Program-made: the position numbers and the translations under genes
The notes under the pieces: generated by a model
The model's input: only the letters and a program-made list of their open reading frames with translations
Database searches by the model: none
What the model was told of the DNA's origin: nothing
Source: Balanoglossus misakiensis
Lineage: Eukaryota; Animalia; Hemichordata
Assembly (NCBI GenBank): GCA_040954595.2
Contig: CM082576.2
Span: forward strand, 12,155,129-12,219,128
Reading direction: 5' to 3'
DNA: 64,000 bases
Shown: positions 13,615 through 27,290 of the stretch, one piece after another
Layout: every line of letters begins with the position of its first letter
Position numbering within the stretch: the first letter of the stretch is position 1

Positions 13615-14832
13615 CAACAAGTTGACCTTCGACCTCGACTTTTGAAATAAAAACTTTATGCTAACCAGTAATACCAATGAGGACCGCCAGATTTATTCGA
13701 ATGAAAGAGTGAGCGCTTTGCCAGATGGAAGATGCTATCTTAGATTTATGGAATCTATTAAATATTCACGCTTTCTTCTGAGCTGCAAAAAGGGTCGTCC
13801 CGTTGACTTCTAATTAACTCCCGATCACCCCAGCCTATAAAATATATTGCAGTTGTTAAGAAAGTATACGACAACTTAAAAGCATCTGATTTCAATTTCG
13901 ATGTCGATTCCCCTTTTGTTGCGGATTTACTACACCATCAAGTATCTCCAAACATACAAACTTTGACCTTAAGTTACCACACACACACGCAAACACAATG
14001 TACTTTGTGTCATGAAACGGACCTTGCGCTCACACGTCCATTACGAGTGTCATGTCAACCTAAACAACGCCTTCAGATAAGGCGTCCATCGACTCCAACA
14101 CGCCGAAACGGCCATGGTGACTCTCAACAATCCCCGCTTGTCCATGAATGACGAAATCCAATGATTTGCAAACAGTAAAACTTTATTGGGCGTATATTAC
14201 ATATAAATCTGTTGTAATGACATGGTGGTGACTGGTTTTATTGAGGGTGTTTGGTTTGCGCTGCAAAGGGGTCTTCTTGACACTGGTTTGGTATGTACAC
14301 AACCAGGACTGGTACACAAACACATTAACCGGTATTTATCATTTTACGCAGTATTCAAAGTACACTCAAAACTGCATTGGATGTGTTTGTCGGATTCGCG
14401 TCTCATCCCAGTTAATGTGACAAGATTTCGTCGTCGAGATTAGAACGGTGATTGAGTGGGTGGTGTTTACCGTGAGAAAGATGACAAACGCGATGAAGCG
14501 GCTTTTTTTGTGTCTCGAGTGAGATGTTTTCCTATTGATCTGTCTTAAAGCCAGGAACTGTGATAATTGACAGCAAATTTGCACTTAACGGTTCGATCGC
14601 ACAGAAATGGCAAACATTCCTTGTAAACAGACAGGGTAAACTTCAAGCTGCCCGGTGTGCGTTTGTCCGGGCGCAGAGAGCAAGAGAAATTGGCCGGAAT
14701 CTGCTCCCGTGTTTCGGATCTAGCGCCCGCGAGTGAGAGTGACGTCTCGCCGTTCGTCATGTGCGTACTTCACCGCCACACAGGCAGGGCATGCGATGTT
14801 GTGAATAAACCTTCTGATTCTCCTGGTAATAA

Positions 14833-15792
14833 TCAGTAACGGGCTAATTGGGGCAGTGTCATGGTGCTCAAGTTTAAATTCTGAGTCAAGATGCGTCCCC
14901 TCACCAGGCAGCGCTTGCACAGTCCGCCCCTCGCCACTGTCCTTGCGAGAAATCCCTTTCCCTTCGCTCGGCTGTGACTGCATCCCTCGCCGTGGTGCGC
15001 TCCGTCGTTCTTCTGAGAAGAAGCGAGACTTCGGCTTCCAGCGTCCAAACGAGGCAGGCTGCTACTCTGCACGCTGAATTTCCGATCAGATCTTGCTCCG
15101 TCGCTCAACTTGGGAGCCACGTACAGTTTAGGCAAAGACACTATGCGATCACTGGCTTCTTTGGCGGCAGAATCATCATCCGCGATTTTCGTTGATGAGT
15201 CAAACTTCGGCGACTGAATCCCGATCCCAGCGCGTGCCCTCCTCTTCCTCTTCAGGATCACGCCGAGTGCCGAGTCTTCGCGTTTGATACCGTCCTCGCT
15301 TTCGCGTCCTGATTTTTTCGCATCCCTCAGATTTCCCTGCAACTTCCTCAGAAACACTCGCAGATCGTAGATTTCGCTCTGGTGGCGCCGCATGGACTCC
15401 TCGTGCGATCTGGTCAGCTCGTCGAACTTCTTCTGCAGTTCAGTCTGCTGCGTCCCGAAGTTCCCGGACCCGGCGAAGTCCGCGGCGGCGTCCGTCTGGC
15501 CGCTGGCCCTCCTCCCCCTGTTGACGCGGACGTTGTAACTCTTGCGCGCCGCCGTGGTGTTGCTGTCGGCAACCCGGTCGATCTCTTCGGTGCTGCGCGA
15601 CTTCTCCATCATGCTCAGTGGCGGGAGCCGCCTGGACGCCCGCCGTTTTATTCGGCCCAGCGTATTTAGTGGCCCGTAACTGCCGGCCTTCGACAGTCGC
15701 CTTCCACCTGCCACCTCATTATCGATATTAAATCGAGGTCTGCCGGAGTCACCTTCTTTGAAACGTTCCGCTGTCTTCAAGGATGGAAACAT
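14833..15792 (-). CDS. Uncharacterised ~319-aa basic coiled-coil protein; array member 4
   Basis: The ORF track starts at a TTG at 15822; the first ATG is at 15792. Shared motif GNFGTQQTELQKKFDELTRSHEESMRRHQSEIYDLRVFLRKLQ; RRLS, RRAS twice, and SLPKL/SLPRL/TLPQL. Minus-strand AATAAA at about 14182-14187. Confidence 0.82.
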   Translation of the reverse strand: MFPSLKTAERFKEGDSGRPRFNIDNEVAGGRRLSKAGSYGPLNTLGRIKRRASRRLPPLSMMEKSRSTEEIDRVADSNTTAARKSYNVRVNRGRRASGQTDAAADFAGSGNFGTQQTELQKKFDELTRSHEESMRRHQSEIYDLRVFLRKLQGNLRDAKKSGRESEDGIKREDSALGVILKRKRRARAGIGIQSPKFDSSTKIADDDSAAKEASDRIVSLPKLYVAPKLSDGARSDRKFSVQSSSLPRLDAGSRSLASSQKNDGAHHGEGCSHSRAKGKGFLARTVARGGLCKRCLVRGRILTQNLNLSTMTLPQLARY

Positions 15793-17767
15793 CTTGAGAC
15801 GCTGCGACCGACGACCGCGCAACTACGCTACGAAGTGTGCGTGCACGCCGCCGAGACAAACCCCAATTTTCTTCAGGTGGCAATCAGCTTCGTCTTATCC
15901 CTTCTTTTCTCGTTTACGTAACGATTCAGAGACAAAACCTCCACTTCAAAAAATACTAGAGGGCTAAGCTTTCTGTTCATGCAATTGTGACAAGCTCATG
16001 TCTTTTTTGTAAAGGCCACACTACATAACGTCTGTCCATTCTCTCTTTATTTGCTACTGCCCTCATCATTTGCTTGTTCTCAAAACACATCACTGCGCAG
16101 TGTGGTTCGCGGTTGCCGTTGATTTACACAGCATAAAATGACTTTTTTTCAAGACTCTACGATTAGGCGATTGGTTCTTTTCCACTTTCCCTGTTTTGAT
16201 CAAACCCCGAATGTGATAGACAGACAAACGCGGCGTCCATCATTCCAATGCCCCAAGGCGAAGGAAAGCGGAGACATCGGACAGCTTGTCATTTTGTCAA
16301 TTTCACCTGCCCTTTGAAACGCACTGAAATGAATGGCAAGCAGACAGCGATGCTGACATAAGAAAACTCAAAGCAACGCACGGACACAGCTGAAAGCATG
16401 ACTCCGTTCTCGCATTTCACAATTTGATTTTCGTGTATGTGTGAATGGAGCCTATATTCCTCGCTCGGATCTACTACTATAAATTAAAACAAAAGAAGTG
16501 ATAGTGTTTGACCCATATTCCCCGGAGTCGGAGCAACCACCTGTTGATTTGTGAACGTGCCGGAATGACCACTTTCGCTACAGCGGCCCTCTACAGTTCA
16601 CTCCGAGGAACACTTTCTTCTATCGGACCTCTCTTACGTCACCTCGACTCGATTAGAGAAAACCACCAGCGATTAAATACTTTTAGGAACAAAAATGGAC
16701 AAAATAACGAGTTCAACAAAATAATGTCCACATATGTAAATGGTTTGACTGAGAGTGCAAGGTGTGAGAGTACTTTGATGGCTATAACGAATTTATTCCA
16801 AGATTTGTATGGGTAAAGGTAAAGGCCATGAAGTGCACCGTGACGTGCAAAGATAAATTTAATTTGTTCAGAAAATTATTTCCTTCGATAATCTAAGCGA
16901 TTCCTTTTAGTGGTAAAACACACGTCAAAATTTCCACACGATTGCGTCAATAAATGGACAATCACCCAGCTGAGTACTAACCAGAAATGAACAAGATGAA
17001 ACTGCTTTCCCCCGAAAAAGCCCTCGACCGTCACTGATATACGCCAGACGGAAAATAAATCGCGGTGTAATTAGATTTAGATGGCAAACACACAGTTTAA
17101 ATTAGTAGTGCACACACCAAGTAACGCAGTAATTAAAGCGAGAGCCAGTATTTGCGTGGAATGGGTCTTTAACCTCGACGTCTCGACAGGAAGATGAATA
17201 TTTCCTGTTTTCCATCGTCGCGACAGTCGACTCGCACGGAAAACGCAGCCGGACTAATTTCCAATACAAATTCAGACGGCGTTTTTTAACATCTTATACA
17301 AATGGTAAAGATCACCGTCTTCACTACAGGCTGTTTCTTCATGATAGACCCCGGATGTTGGTGACTCGCTCATATTGGGGCATAGCACATTGGTAAGATT
17401 GGTAGGAGTCTAGCGCCGCTCAGTGACCTGTACTGGCCTTGAATGACCAACGGGATGGATCTCAAAGACACAAGCAGTTGCAATATTTAAGATCCACAAT
17501 GGCGAATCTCAAAATTGTATGTGTTAAATATCTTTATTTAAGAGTAACTTAAAGGCTACAGGTATCTAATCCTCGGATTCTACCACGACTCTGGCAGCAT
17601 CGTATTACAATGGACGGACCGCAATAGAATGTTAAATTTCATTACATTCTTGTTAAAAATTGTCAATGTTGTGCCCTCATACTGTGAGGTAGAGTATGTT
17701 TTAACACAAGGAAAATGAATTAAGATTCGACTATATATGCGTTACATTATGTTATGCTGTATTAAAT

Positions 17768-17832
17768 AGTACAGTACAATACGTCACAGTACAGTACAGT
17801 GCAGTTCAGTACAGTACAGAACACCACAGTAC
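17768..17832. repeat. Degenerate (AGTAC)n pentanucleotide repeat
   Basis: agtacagtac...acagtacagtacagtgcagttcagtacagtacaga. Confidence 0.7.
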
Positions 17833-18914
17833 GTACACGACTGAACATAATGACGTTTTCTTGGTTCAGAAAAATCTCACAAAACTACACAACACATTAT
17901 ATAATGTGCGCTGTGTTATATTCAAAATCGACTGCCGTTGTAATTAGGCGCTCATCTCCAATACTCTATCTTGCTCTGACATCCACACTTGGATTTACTT
18001 TGAGTCACTCTGATTGGAACAACATATATTATGTATACGAGTACGTTATTCTGTCGTCTGTGGAACTCTTGGGTATGTTATTGTAAAACTGATTACATCT
18101 TCTCCGACTAGCAGAAATAACTGACCCTTGTACATGAAAATATATTACAAAATTACACCAATAGTCAGATTTTGAAGTCACTGTGTAACAATACAATGCT
18201 CCCATATTCCGGTATTGTTGTGTTGTTTTTTCAGAGAAGCTAATTTAAGGTCCGACTTGGATAAAGTTTTCGTAGTTATTAAAATTTATATTAAAGGATT
18301 GGCGCGGAAATGAAAACGTTAATCTTTTTACGTCGCCATCTCCTGTGATGGTTACTTTGGTATTCGCCGCCCACGATTTTCTGCGAATAAATTAAAATGA
18401 CCTCATGAGAAGTTTGTCAGCGAAGAAAGCAAGCTGTATTATGTAAATATCAGTCTCATTTTCTCTTGTTTGGAGAAGTCGTTTGCGGCACTCCTCCGCC
18501 GATGACTGATTTCAATGACATGTAACCCCTATACACTGATTTAATATTTGTCACAATGTTTGTGTCGCGTGCCTGTGTAGGGTCAGTCACTGATCTAAGC
18601 CTCCACAAGGAGCGATAGCTTGCAATATTCACCAGTGAACCGCTGTTCTCAGTGTGGCTGCCTGGCTCTCTATCTGCATCCCGGCCCTTGTTCGATCGGT
18701 CAGTCGTTCATCTAAAATTGAAACTTGAAAGTCATGTCTTCGGTAACAAAATCGGTTTCTCTGCAGCTGAGCCGGAGAGCACAATGATGAAACCGAGACC
18801 AGTTTGGACGACACAGTCCATATCGTCTGATGAAAAATAAAGTGCGCGGGACATTCCAGCATGCAGTCTGGAGTAACCCTATATCGTTTTACTCCGTGTC
18901 AGTGGCTTCGGGCG

Positions 18915-19055
18915 CACGAAACTGAAGAAATCGAAGACACTCTCTGTTTAAACACGAACCCCTCTCGTAAAATACGCCAATGTCTGCGACCGGTTGTTTT
19001 GAAAGAGCTTGGTCACGGACTCATTCCTCTGTGTCAGGTGTTACTGTATACGTGT
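18915..19055 (+). mobile_element. Possible degenerate LINE ORF2 fragment (pre-RT region)
   Basis: ETEEIEDTLCLNTNPSRKIRQCLRPVVLKELGHGLIPLCQVL resembles the recalled LINE pattern T.EEV...L..L.P.K..GPD.I...VLKELA..L.P.L, but GPD is absent. Confidence 0.25.
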
Positions 19056-19836
19056 TCCTACAATTGCATTTGCTTTCAAAACAAATACCTCAGTCCATTT
19101 TCAATAGAGGGGGGCGGGAGAAAGCTCCAAGAGACCCTCGTATCTGACAGCCCAAGAATAACAGTCGAACACAAGACAGAAAATTGGTGTCACCGTCAAA
19201 ACTAGACCGCAACAACTTAACTACCAGGGGATGTTTTGACCCGCCGATGAAGTCCGAAGTTCGCGATGTCAGACCGCATAAAAAATAGCGAGGAATTTGA
19301 AGGGCGGCATTGACCCTATACAATCTCCTGACAAATTCAACGATGATGTATCGCCATAATCACGGAATGATGAATGAACTCGGTGACAACTCACGATAAC
19401 AGAGTCTCAGTCGCTGCACCTTGTATAAATACACTAATCACGTACGATTCAAGCGCTGTGTAAATCGTCCGACAATGCCTCCAGCAAGCAAATCGGGCAG
19501 ATCAGAACAAGCCCACACTGTTGATTTGTCGTTTTAAACGGGCGTGAGCCGAAAAGAACATTACTAGACTGAGACAGATACAGTTATAATACTAGTAAAA
19601 TAAGTTATACAAGATGGAATACACAGATTTGTAATGAAAGTAGGCCTAGAGTATAAAGATCTTGTGTTACTTTGCTGTCGTAATATTATTACCCGTCTTA
19701 GAACAGATTGCGTGTGGAAATTCGTCATGCACATTCTCTCACTTATCAACTTCGTTTCTGAGTCAACCATAAGAGCTTTCAAGTCTGATCCAGTAAAGAA
19801 TTCAGCCAGCAGGCAGCGTTGCTTTCAGACTCCTAG

Positions 19837-20604
19837 CTATGCCGCCTCTGTTTCTCGATTCCTTTCTGTGGGCATAAGCAGCAAGTCGGGCAGCGACGCG
19901 GGTCTTCGCAGGTCGAATTTCTTTTTGTCTTTCTGAGAGGGCAAAACGTTTGACCTTTTCTTTTCTCTGGTTGGCACTCTCGACTCCCGAAATGAGGCCG
20001 TCGTCAGCGACCTGACAGGGTCAATATTTGGCAAATCCGATCCCTTTCGGCCCTCTTCTGGATACGACGGCTCTTCTGGTAACCCTGGCAACGGAACTTT
20101 GCATCCGTGTTTCTCTTCGTCCGATGATTCCAAATTGCTGTCCTGTCTTTTTCCCTCGTCGACATTTCTGCTTGAACGACGGCGCTTGCGCTTGTCGTCT
20201 CGGCTGTGTCCGTGTTTCTTGGGCCTCTCCTCTGACTTGTCGGTTTTCTTCAAGACAAGAACCGGCAGATTCACAAGCTGGTTGTCGACCCGCACCTGTA
20301 CCATTTCCGTCTCCGTCTTGGCGATCAGCCGCCTCCGCCGATGGCGACGATCGATGCGCTTAAGGTCGAGGGCCACGGGCCGCAATTTCTGCACGTCGTT
20401 CAAGAACTGCTTCAGTTCCAGCACTTCGGTGTGAGTCTTGCGAATGAAATCGCGGTGCTTCACGCGCAGATCCTCCAATCGGGCTTTCAGTTCGCACTCG
20501 TGGGCCTTGTACTTTGACGAATTTTGCACCTTCGTCTCCGAGGGGAAAAACATCCCCTCGCCCCCCTCGATGTACCGCCTAAAGAAGGATTTGGATCGCG
20601 GCAT
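19837..20604 (-). CDS. Uncharacterised 255-aa basic coiled-coil protein; array member 5
   Basis: Single-exon ORF. Shared motif VQNSSKYKAHECELKARLEDLRVKHRDFIRKTHTEVLELKQFLNDVQ; Arg runs (RRHRRRR, KRKRRRSS); LPNID and SLPDL. Confidence 0.82.
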   Translation of the reverse strand: MPRSKSFFRRYIEGGEGMFFPSETKVQNSSKYKAHECELKARLEDLRVKHRDFIRKTHTEVLELKQFLNDVQKLRPVALDLKRIDRRHRRRRLIAKTETEMVQVRVDNQLVNLPVLVLKKTDKSEERPKKHGHSRDDKRKRRRSSRNVDEGKRQDSNLESSDEEKHGCKVPLPGLPEEPSYPEEGRKGSDLPNIDPVRSLTTASFRESRVPTREKKRSNVLPSQKDKKKFDLRRPASLPDLLLMPTERNRETEAA

Positions 20605-22483
20605 TCTCCTGCCGTTTTCCGTCTACTCCAGTCGAATCGGACCAATAGCTAGCTCAGTTCTTGCCCTCCATTAAGCAGTTCACCTCCAGATCGTTATCCA
20701 GACAGCGACGTCAGCTCTCGCCAAGATTCCGTCAGACGCCAGACTCGCGACGGAAGTTCATTTACGTCGAGTGACACGCGCGCGCTCGGCACAAATATAT
20801 ATATGTTGACTGTACAGCGAGTGTTTTCACCTTTGGATGTCCAGTGTGTCACCAAGTAACTAACACCGCCCCTCCCCTTCAACGCTGCCAGTAAATCGAT
20901 ACCTCTATCGTCCAATGTTCAGTCTGACTTCATACATCACACCCCTCAGGTGCGATTATCAAGCTCTGATAAATCAGGACTGCCAGCCACGCTTGACGAC
21001 CCAAACACGCTAACCTTTCAACCACGGTGTGGGTGCGTCGGTGCATTCGGAGTAGGGTCACACTTTGCCAGGTCAACCAAGACCCGCAAAGTCTCCAGTG
21101 TTTGACGCCGACGTTCCAACGTTGTCACGTGCGTTAAAAAAAATCGAAGGAAACAGTTACTGACGAATTGGACTTATAACAAACTTTTACCGCCAGTCTG
21201 ACAGACACGGGGTTGTTATTACGTCACCGAATTCCCTTTCCATCCCAATCAGGGTAATAACAGCCTGAATTATTATACCACGCATACCATTATGGCACGA
21301 TTAATCATGCTGACTCAAGTTCCAAAGATATACATCATATAGCACCTCAATCACGTGGTTCAATTTCTATGACCTTGATTTTTTTTATAATTCATCTATG
21401 ATATTGCTCGGTCTTTATTTTTCAGTTCATTATAAAAATTGCGACATACGCGGAGTTTTTTTGCCAAACTCTTGTTTTGAGGTTCTTGTTGCGGGGGTCA
21501 GTGCTTTCGGGGAGATCGCTGCTATGTGGCCGAAGCAACAGGTGGTTTGCTTTGTTCAAGATATAGGTCTTTCGGCAAGTGCAGAAACAATCATTGCCTG
21601 CACATCATTAAATGTAAAAGCTCTCGGTGTGTACTTTGCGTCGGCGTCAGTTTATAAATCGGAGCGTACGTCCAGCCTGTACAATGGTCGACGCACTGCA
21701 GGGCTGTCGGTATATATGCACTTGTTGCTGATCTCGTCTCACAATAATTGGAGTCATTTGCCGCTTGAGTTGCGTTGTGTAGACAACCGAGACACAACGT
21801 CATCGGTGGAATGCGGTCTACGTACAGGACAGCGAAACATATACAACCATTGACAATCCGCATCAGTAAATACACCAATTGCAAGGCTGACTTATTTAGG
21901 GTGTGAATCATAAAAGATATTGAACTGTTTCCACAATAAGTACGCACTTGTGCGCTATGAATCCCCTGGGCGGAGCTCAGTGTCAACATATGAATGACTT
22001 TCCTTTGTTCGAATCGTTTATTCACCCCTTTACTTGTGTGCCGACATGTTTTTCAAAGTCATTTCAGTGTGTATATCGATTCCACACCAGTAGTTACATT
22101 GTATTTCATGCATTCGGTAGAAACGCTCGACCTTTACCGAAGCAGTCACGTCGGTCAAGGTGTCGGATAAGTTTAAGTCTCCTTGTCTGACGTCATTTGG
22201 TGATCTCAGTGCACATCTACACACGTCAGACTACACTCTGTTGTTATTTCTTGTTATTTACACGACAAGATGACAACATGCGAGAAAGGTCGTGTTGTAC
22301 AAGTGCGCTGTCCACTGGAATTGACTCTCTCCCTAGCTGTCTCATTAACTACTCATCAGTGGCCGAGCGGATAAAAAAACTAATGTAACGAGTCAGTAAA
22401 CAATTATGGTAAACACTGGCTATATAGGCGCCACAAGACTTTGTTATTGCGCATTACACCACACTACTCTTCATTACATTACA

Positions 22484-22618
22484 CCACAACACAACACAAC
22501 ACAACACAACAAAACACAACACAACACACCACACCACAACACAACACAACACAACACAACACAACACAACACAACACAACACAACACAACACAACACAAC
22601 ACAACACAACACAACACA
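22484..22618. repeat. (ACAAC)n pentanucleotide microsatellite
   Basis: More than 20 near-perfect ACAAC units. Confidence 0.97.
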
Positions 22619-23808
22619 AGCATAATACAACGTACTGGTTTACCATGTTGATATTATTGCATGCCTCCATCACTGACACTATCTCTGTCCACTTAAAAAT
22701 TAGTGCTGTTTGGTTTTTTCCAACAACGACGGATTATATAGGGTCAAGTTTTAATCTGTCTGGGGAGATTCGACCCAATTCACTCCTAGTTACGAGAAAG
22801 ACAGGGTGTTCCCTTTAAAGGGACAGAGTCACTCAATTTTGACATCATTTTGGTTATATCAGGTTTTTGAGAGGAAATTTATGTTGATCCGTTCATTGAA
22901 GTATGCCCTATCGCCCGTTGCTACAATTCATTTCACACCCAGTCCTTGTAAATGGGCTTACCAATTGAATACTGCTACGATACAATTTTCGTATTGGCCA
23001 AAATGAATGATGGGGTATTCGTGTGGCATATCTGTTTACAGATCTGTGAGGTTAGTTTTAATAACTGGTCATTCAGCATGTTTCAGTAATAAAAGAACGC
23101 GAATACTCATCAAATCCAACTAAGATTACCAACAATAATTCCATTGAAGTTCAAGTTGGGCAACTTTGTCTCCATTAGTGTCCAGTATGACTGATATTAA
23201 CCACTGATAACTTGAAATGAGCAGTATGCTTTGATAAAATCAGGGACAAGTGACATAATTAGGCAATCTAGTTAACAAATCTGATGGATGAATTGGCTCG
23301 CCTTGTAAGCGGACCTCGGAATGCAGCGGTCATCGCCAGTATGCATTTGTATGTGAATTGCGCCACCAAGAGATGGTGATTACGACGCACTTGGTGGCGC
23401 TCAACAGGTGGTTTCCGAGGGGGTCTGCGAAGTCGAGTGTGGGCCGTGCGACCATGAGGAACTGCAAGGATCTTTGGTGCAGACGCCAACATTATGTTTG
23501 AGAAACTTTATTGCTATAAAGATACTTTCTATTCCACAGCAGAGATATATCAATTCAATGTGCGCTTGAAACTGTTTTACCAAAAGGTGTACATGTACTA
23601 AGTTGAAAAGAAGTGATTCAAAGTTTTCGAAGTAGCTTATCATAGAAACGTTGTATGAAAAAATACCAGTAAGAGTGTGTTAATACTCTCTCAACAAACC
23701 CACGTTACAATGTGTTTTATTAACAATACATGTACACCATAAATGTAGATTCTGAATGTCTATGAAACTAGAGCGAGAACAATGGGTTGAAGTTTTGATT
23801 GACAAAAT

Positions 23809-26405
23809 TCATAACTTGGTTTTAACCATTGCCTCTTGCATTTCTAGAATTTCCGCGGTTCGTCTGTTCTCCGTCAACTGGCCGAGAGCCTTGCGGAGTT
23901 GATCGATCGTTCGTTGAGATTTAGACTGCGGACAGTGGGCTGTGTTCCGGCCGCGTGACTCGATGAAGCGCCGATTTCTTATTCTCCGCTGTAACTCAAT
24001 CTCGACGTCTCTCTCAATCTCGGCGTCGCTTCTCACTTTAAATGGTCCCACTGCACGTTGCATTGCAAGGGCGCTGCGATCTCGTCCAGCAGACATAACT
24101 CTTGAGAGAGCACCGCTGCCATCTTGTCCGCGGTCGTCGAGTTGTTCGGCGGCGATCGCATTAGCCGCCCGACCTCGTTCACAGTCCGAAACAGTGTTGC
24201 TCAAGTCGCGAATCTCTGGATCAACGCTTGCGGCGCTGCCATCCGCAACCGATTCAGTTTCTTCCAGACAGGGGTCGGAATTTTTACGACGCAGACAAAC
24301 ACCGATGTCTGGCGGAGGAGTTTCCAGAATCAATGAGCGTCTCCTCTGAAGATTGATCGATCGATCTTCCTTCTTGCCCGGTCTTTTCTGGCCCAGTCGG
24401 AGTGAAATCGACTGCGGATACAACGCCCCCGTCTCCAATGCCCCCGTCGCGGTGTGTTGTCTTTGATCCCCGGTGATGTTGGCTGGGGTTTTGGTTCTTT
24501 CGGTGGGACTTGAACCGCAGACAATTGATCCGCGTCTTGTTTGTGTCGAAGTCTGCGATGGAGAATCGGGGAAGTCTTTGTCTGTCTCCCCACCTCCGCT
24601 CACCACGTCGTCCGCTGAGGTGTGATCGACTCCGTATTCTTTGTGCACGTCGTCTCTGGATTTTGACATCCTGCGGGAGGCCAAATTGTTTCCATCGGTT
24701 TGCTCTTCTGTGGCGTGATAAACCAACTCTTGGGGAATCGACAGCTGAAATAAAATATTACATGGGTGATAAAATGAATACAGGCACCCAAGATTGACAT
24801 GTGTCCGTATATATGATTAAACGGGGTGACTGTCTAAGTTTTCGTGTGGCCCTCAAATAAATTATGTAGCGTGATATTCATTTTCCGCAATAAGTGCAAC
24901 TCAATTTGCATAATTAGATGATTGATTTAACATGATTTCGCTAATCACAAACTTTTACCAGGTAAGAAGTATAATCGGAATTTTAAAAATACGGAACGAA
25001 AATTTATCAAAACCATGAAAATATGATTCATCTGTGAGTAATTTAACATCCAAAACAGAACATTAACACAACAGAGTATTTAGCGGTAATAACGATTAAT
25101 GTCTCATAAATCTGTATACGTGAGATAATCTGTGGCATTACAGTGAACAAGAAAAAATGTTGAAATGCTCACCGATGTTGTCATATCCTTGTTTTTAAAC
25201 TGTATGGCTGGCAGAGAAGCTCGGCGTTTAAGGTTGGCCGTGGGTGGCATCAGAAATGTGTCATCGGCAGAGTTTTGACCGACGCGTTCCTTCACTCTCA
25301 ATCCGGCGATGAGCTCCGTTCTTTCTTTTCTCAGCGACTCGAGACGGGACGTGGCGTTGGCCAGAAGTTCCGAGGACAGTGACGGGCGGCGCGCGGGTGT
25401 CGTTCTCGGTGTCGACGGAAGGCTCTCCGTTGACGATCGCAGAGAGCCCGAGCCCAGCGAAACCACGGACGATCTCCTTGACGAGGCCGACGACCGTACT
25501 GACGAAAAAGAAGAAATGGACGCCTCCGAGGATCGTCTGGTCAGGCTCGCAGTTCCCGCTCTTGTAGGGATGTCGGCGAAACTGTCGTTGCATTTCTCAA
25601 GCAGCGGGTTTTCGCCTCTACAGCCCATTCCGGCGGGCACTTTGTCGGGTCTTGCTGAAGATGGTCTTGACGATGGGGTAACAGTTATTTCTATGCCACT
25701 CAGAATGCCAGGTGTTGGCGAGGCTTCATTTCGTATCGAGCAGATTTTGCCTTTATCGTCATTTACACACCCATCTTCGAATTCGCTCAACACATGGTTT
25801 TCTACTGGTACAACGTTCTTACTTTCAAAGTCTATGCATTCTCTCTCGTCCGTGCTCCCTCCAACGTTTTCCCCGGTTTCGTCGGCAGTGGGATCTTTCT
25901 TGGCATATTCACATTCCGAAAAATTCGCGTTTGACAAAGTCGTCTTCAGCGGTATGCCGGGTTTATCGTCGTCGGAACTTCGCTTGTAGTCTTCAAGTAC
26001 CCTAGCATATTCTGGACTGGGCCTTGCGCCACAGGCCGTGCTCGGGTGTGGGTATCGTGCGTCACGGCCCCATATGAGATGAAGCCTCGGGCTCTCGTCG
26101 TCGTCCCTTGCTTTGGACTGTCCGTCGACTGTTCGCGGCGACAATTTCGCGGTCAATATCTCTTTGCTGGCGCGTCTGTAGATGTATTTGCATCCCTTGC
26201 CAGGAGGCTCGATCACGTTGTCGGACTCTGCATGCGCACCTTCGGGGATTTGATAGTGTCCTTCCTTCCACGTCACCTTTCTCGACAAATCTCTTGGCCT
26301 CTGTCCGCCACCGGCAGTTTCAACGCTGTCGTTCACCCACTCGCCCTTCGTCAGACAGTAGTAGGAAGACACCTCCTTTCTGACCATCTCTCTCTTTGCA
26401 GACAT
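23809..26405 (-). CDS. Uncharacterised ~722-aa Ser/Arg-rich disordered protein with two coding exons (26405-25173, 24744-23809); array-associated gene 6
   Basis: Two ORFs join in frame through a phase-0 intron: donor TCG|GTGAGC at 25173/25172 and acceptor TTTCAG|CTG at 24745/24744. First ATG at 26405. Many RRxS motifs (RRAS, RRSS, RRPS, RRGS), RKVTW and SLPAI. Confidence 0.72.
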
Positions 26406-26850
26406 CACAGGTTCGTCTGTCACAGAGTTCGATACATCCAATTGTGGGAGGGAATGATCTCTTCCCCCTCGACAGTAAGCAGCGGAAGCCCGAGCTTGAT
26501 TCCACGGCCCGGCGATACTTCTAGAACTCGGACAGATTGATCTTCCTCGAATGTACGTGGGAAAAAAAAAACAGTCGACGATTATTCTAGCCAGGTTCCT
26601 CCTGGCAGTAGACTAAACAGAGCACTCGGTGCCGTCTTTTATCAATCTTGGCACACTCACTTGCTGCCAATGATTGGCGGCTGCGCAGTCTCTCCGGCAG
26701 GACAACCACATAAAATCTCTCTCAAGTCCACACGAGATATAGATGACTGCCAAATACCCGAGACTCAACCAACACGCACGGTCAAATACGCACACAGGTT
26801 TCTCCTTGGCGAAGATCAACGGTTGTGATACAGAGGCGCCGTTGGTGCCG

Positions 26851-26860
26851 TTATTTATAC
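26851..26860 (-). promoter_or_regulatory. Candidate TATA box for gene 6
   Basis: Minus strand reads GTATAAATAA, about 190 nt upstream of a strong donor (CAA|GTGAGT at 26661/26660). This fits a non-coding first exon. Confidence 0.35.
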
Positions 26861-27169
26861 TACTTGCGGAACCTCTATTATGTATCGCCTAATGACAAGG
26901 TGTAAAACACCACATTCAGGGCGGTGCTGGCATGGTATTAAATGCAAAACAGTTAAATTACCTAATAAGGTTGTGGCCATTGCTGTTTCGCTTCGTGGAC
27001 TTTCATTTTTTTAAACGTTTTAATGTAAACCCCCTTTGATCTCCCGCGACAAATAGGGAACGACGTTAACTCCATATCTATACCAACATGACAATTAAAA
27101 CGCTGAAAATAACGACAGGAAAAACAAGACGACAGTATAAAATGTCGTGTCTTACCCCCCCCCCCCACT

Positions 27170-27290
27170 AGAATATGGAAAGACCCTGATGATCTCCTGA
27201 ACTTGAACGTCACCGGCAAGCGTGAAAAAATACACTATGGGTAATCCTTGGAAGATTAGTGGTAATTGCTTCAATCCATGACGTTACGCA
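27170..27290 (+). repeat. Diverged direct repeat, copy 1 (copy 2 at about 28467-28605)
   Basis: Exact CTCCTGAACTTGAACGTCA at 27194-27212 and 28488-28506, with collinear flanks (AGAAT..GGAA; AAGCGT; AATCCT; AATT.CT..AATC.ATGA.GTTA). Confidence 0.65.

Noticed and set aside
22406-22818. HNTTQ-repeat and CCVVL-repeat ORFs
   Set aside because: Translations of the (ACAAC)n microsatellite; no spacers, so not a CRISPR array.
22815-22840. TTAAAGGGACA possible Kolobok-type MITE end (similar at about 60529)
   Set aside because: No matching opposite terminus identified.
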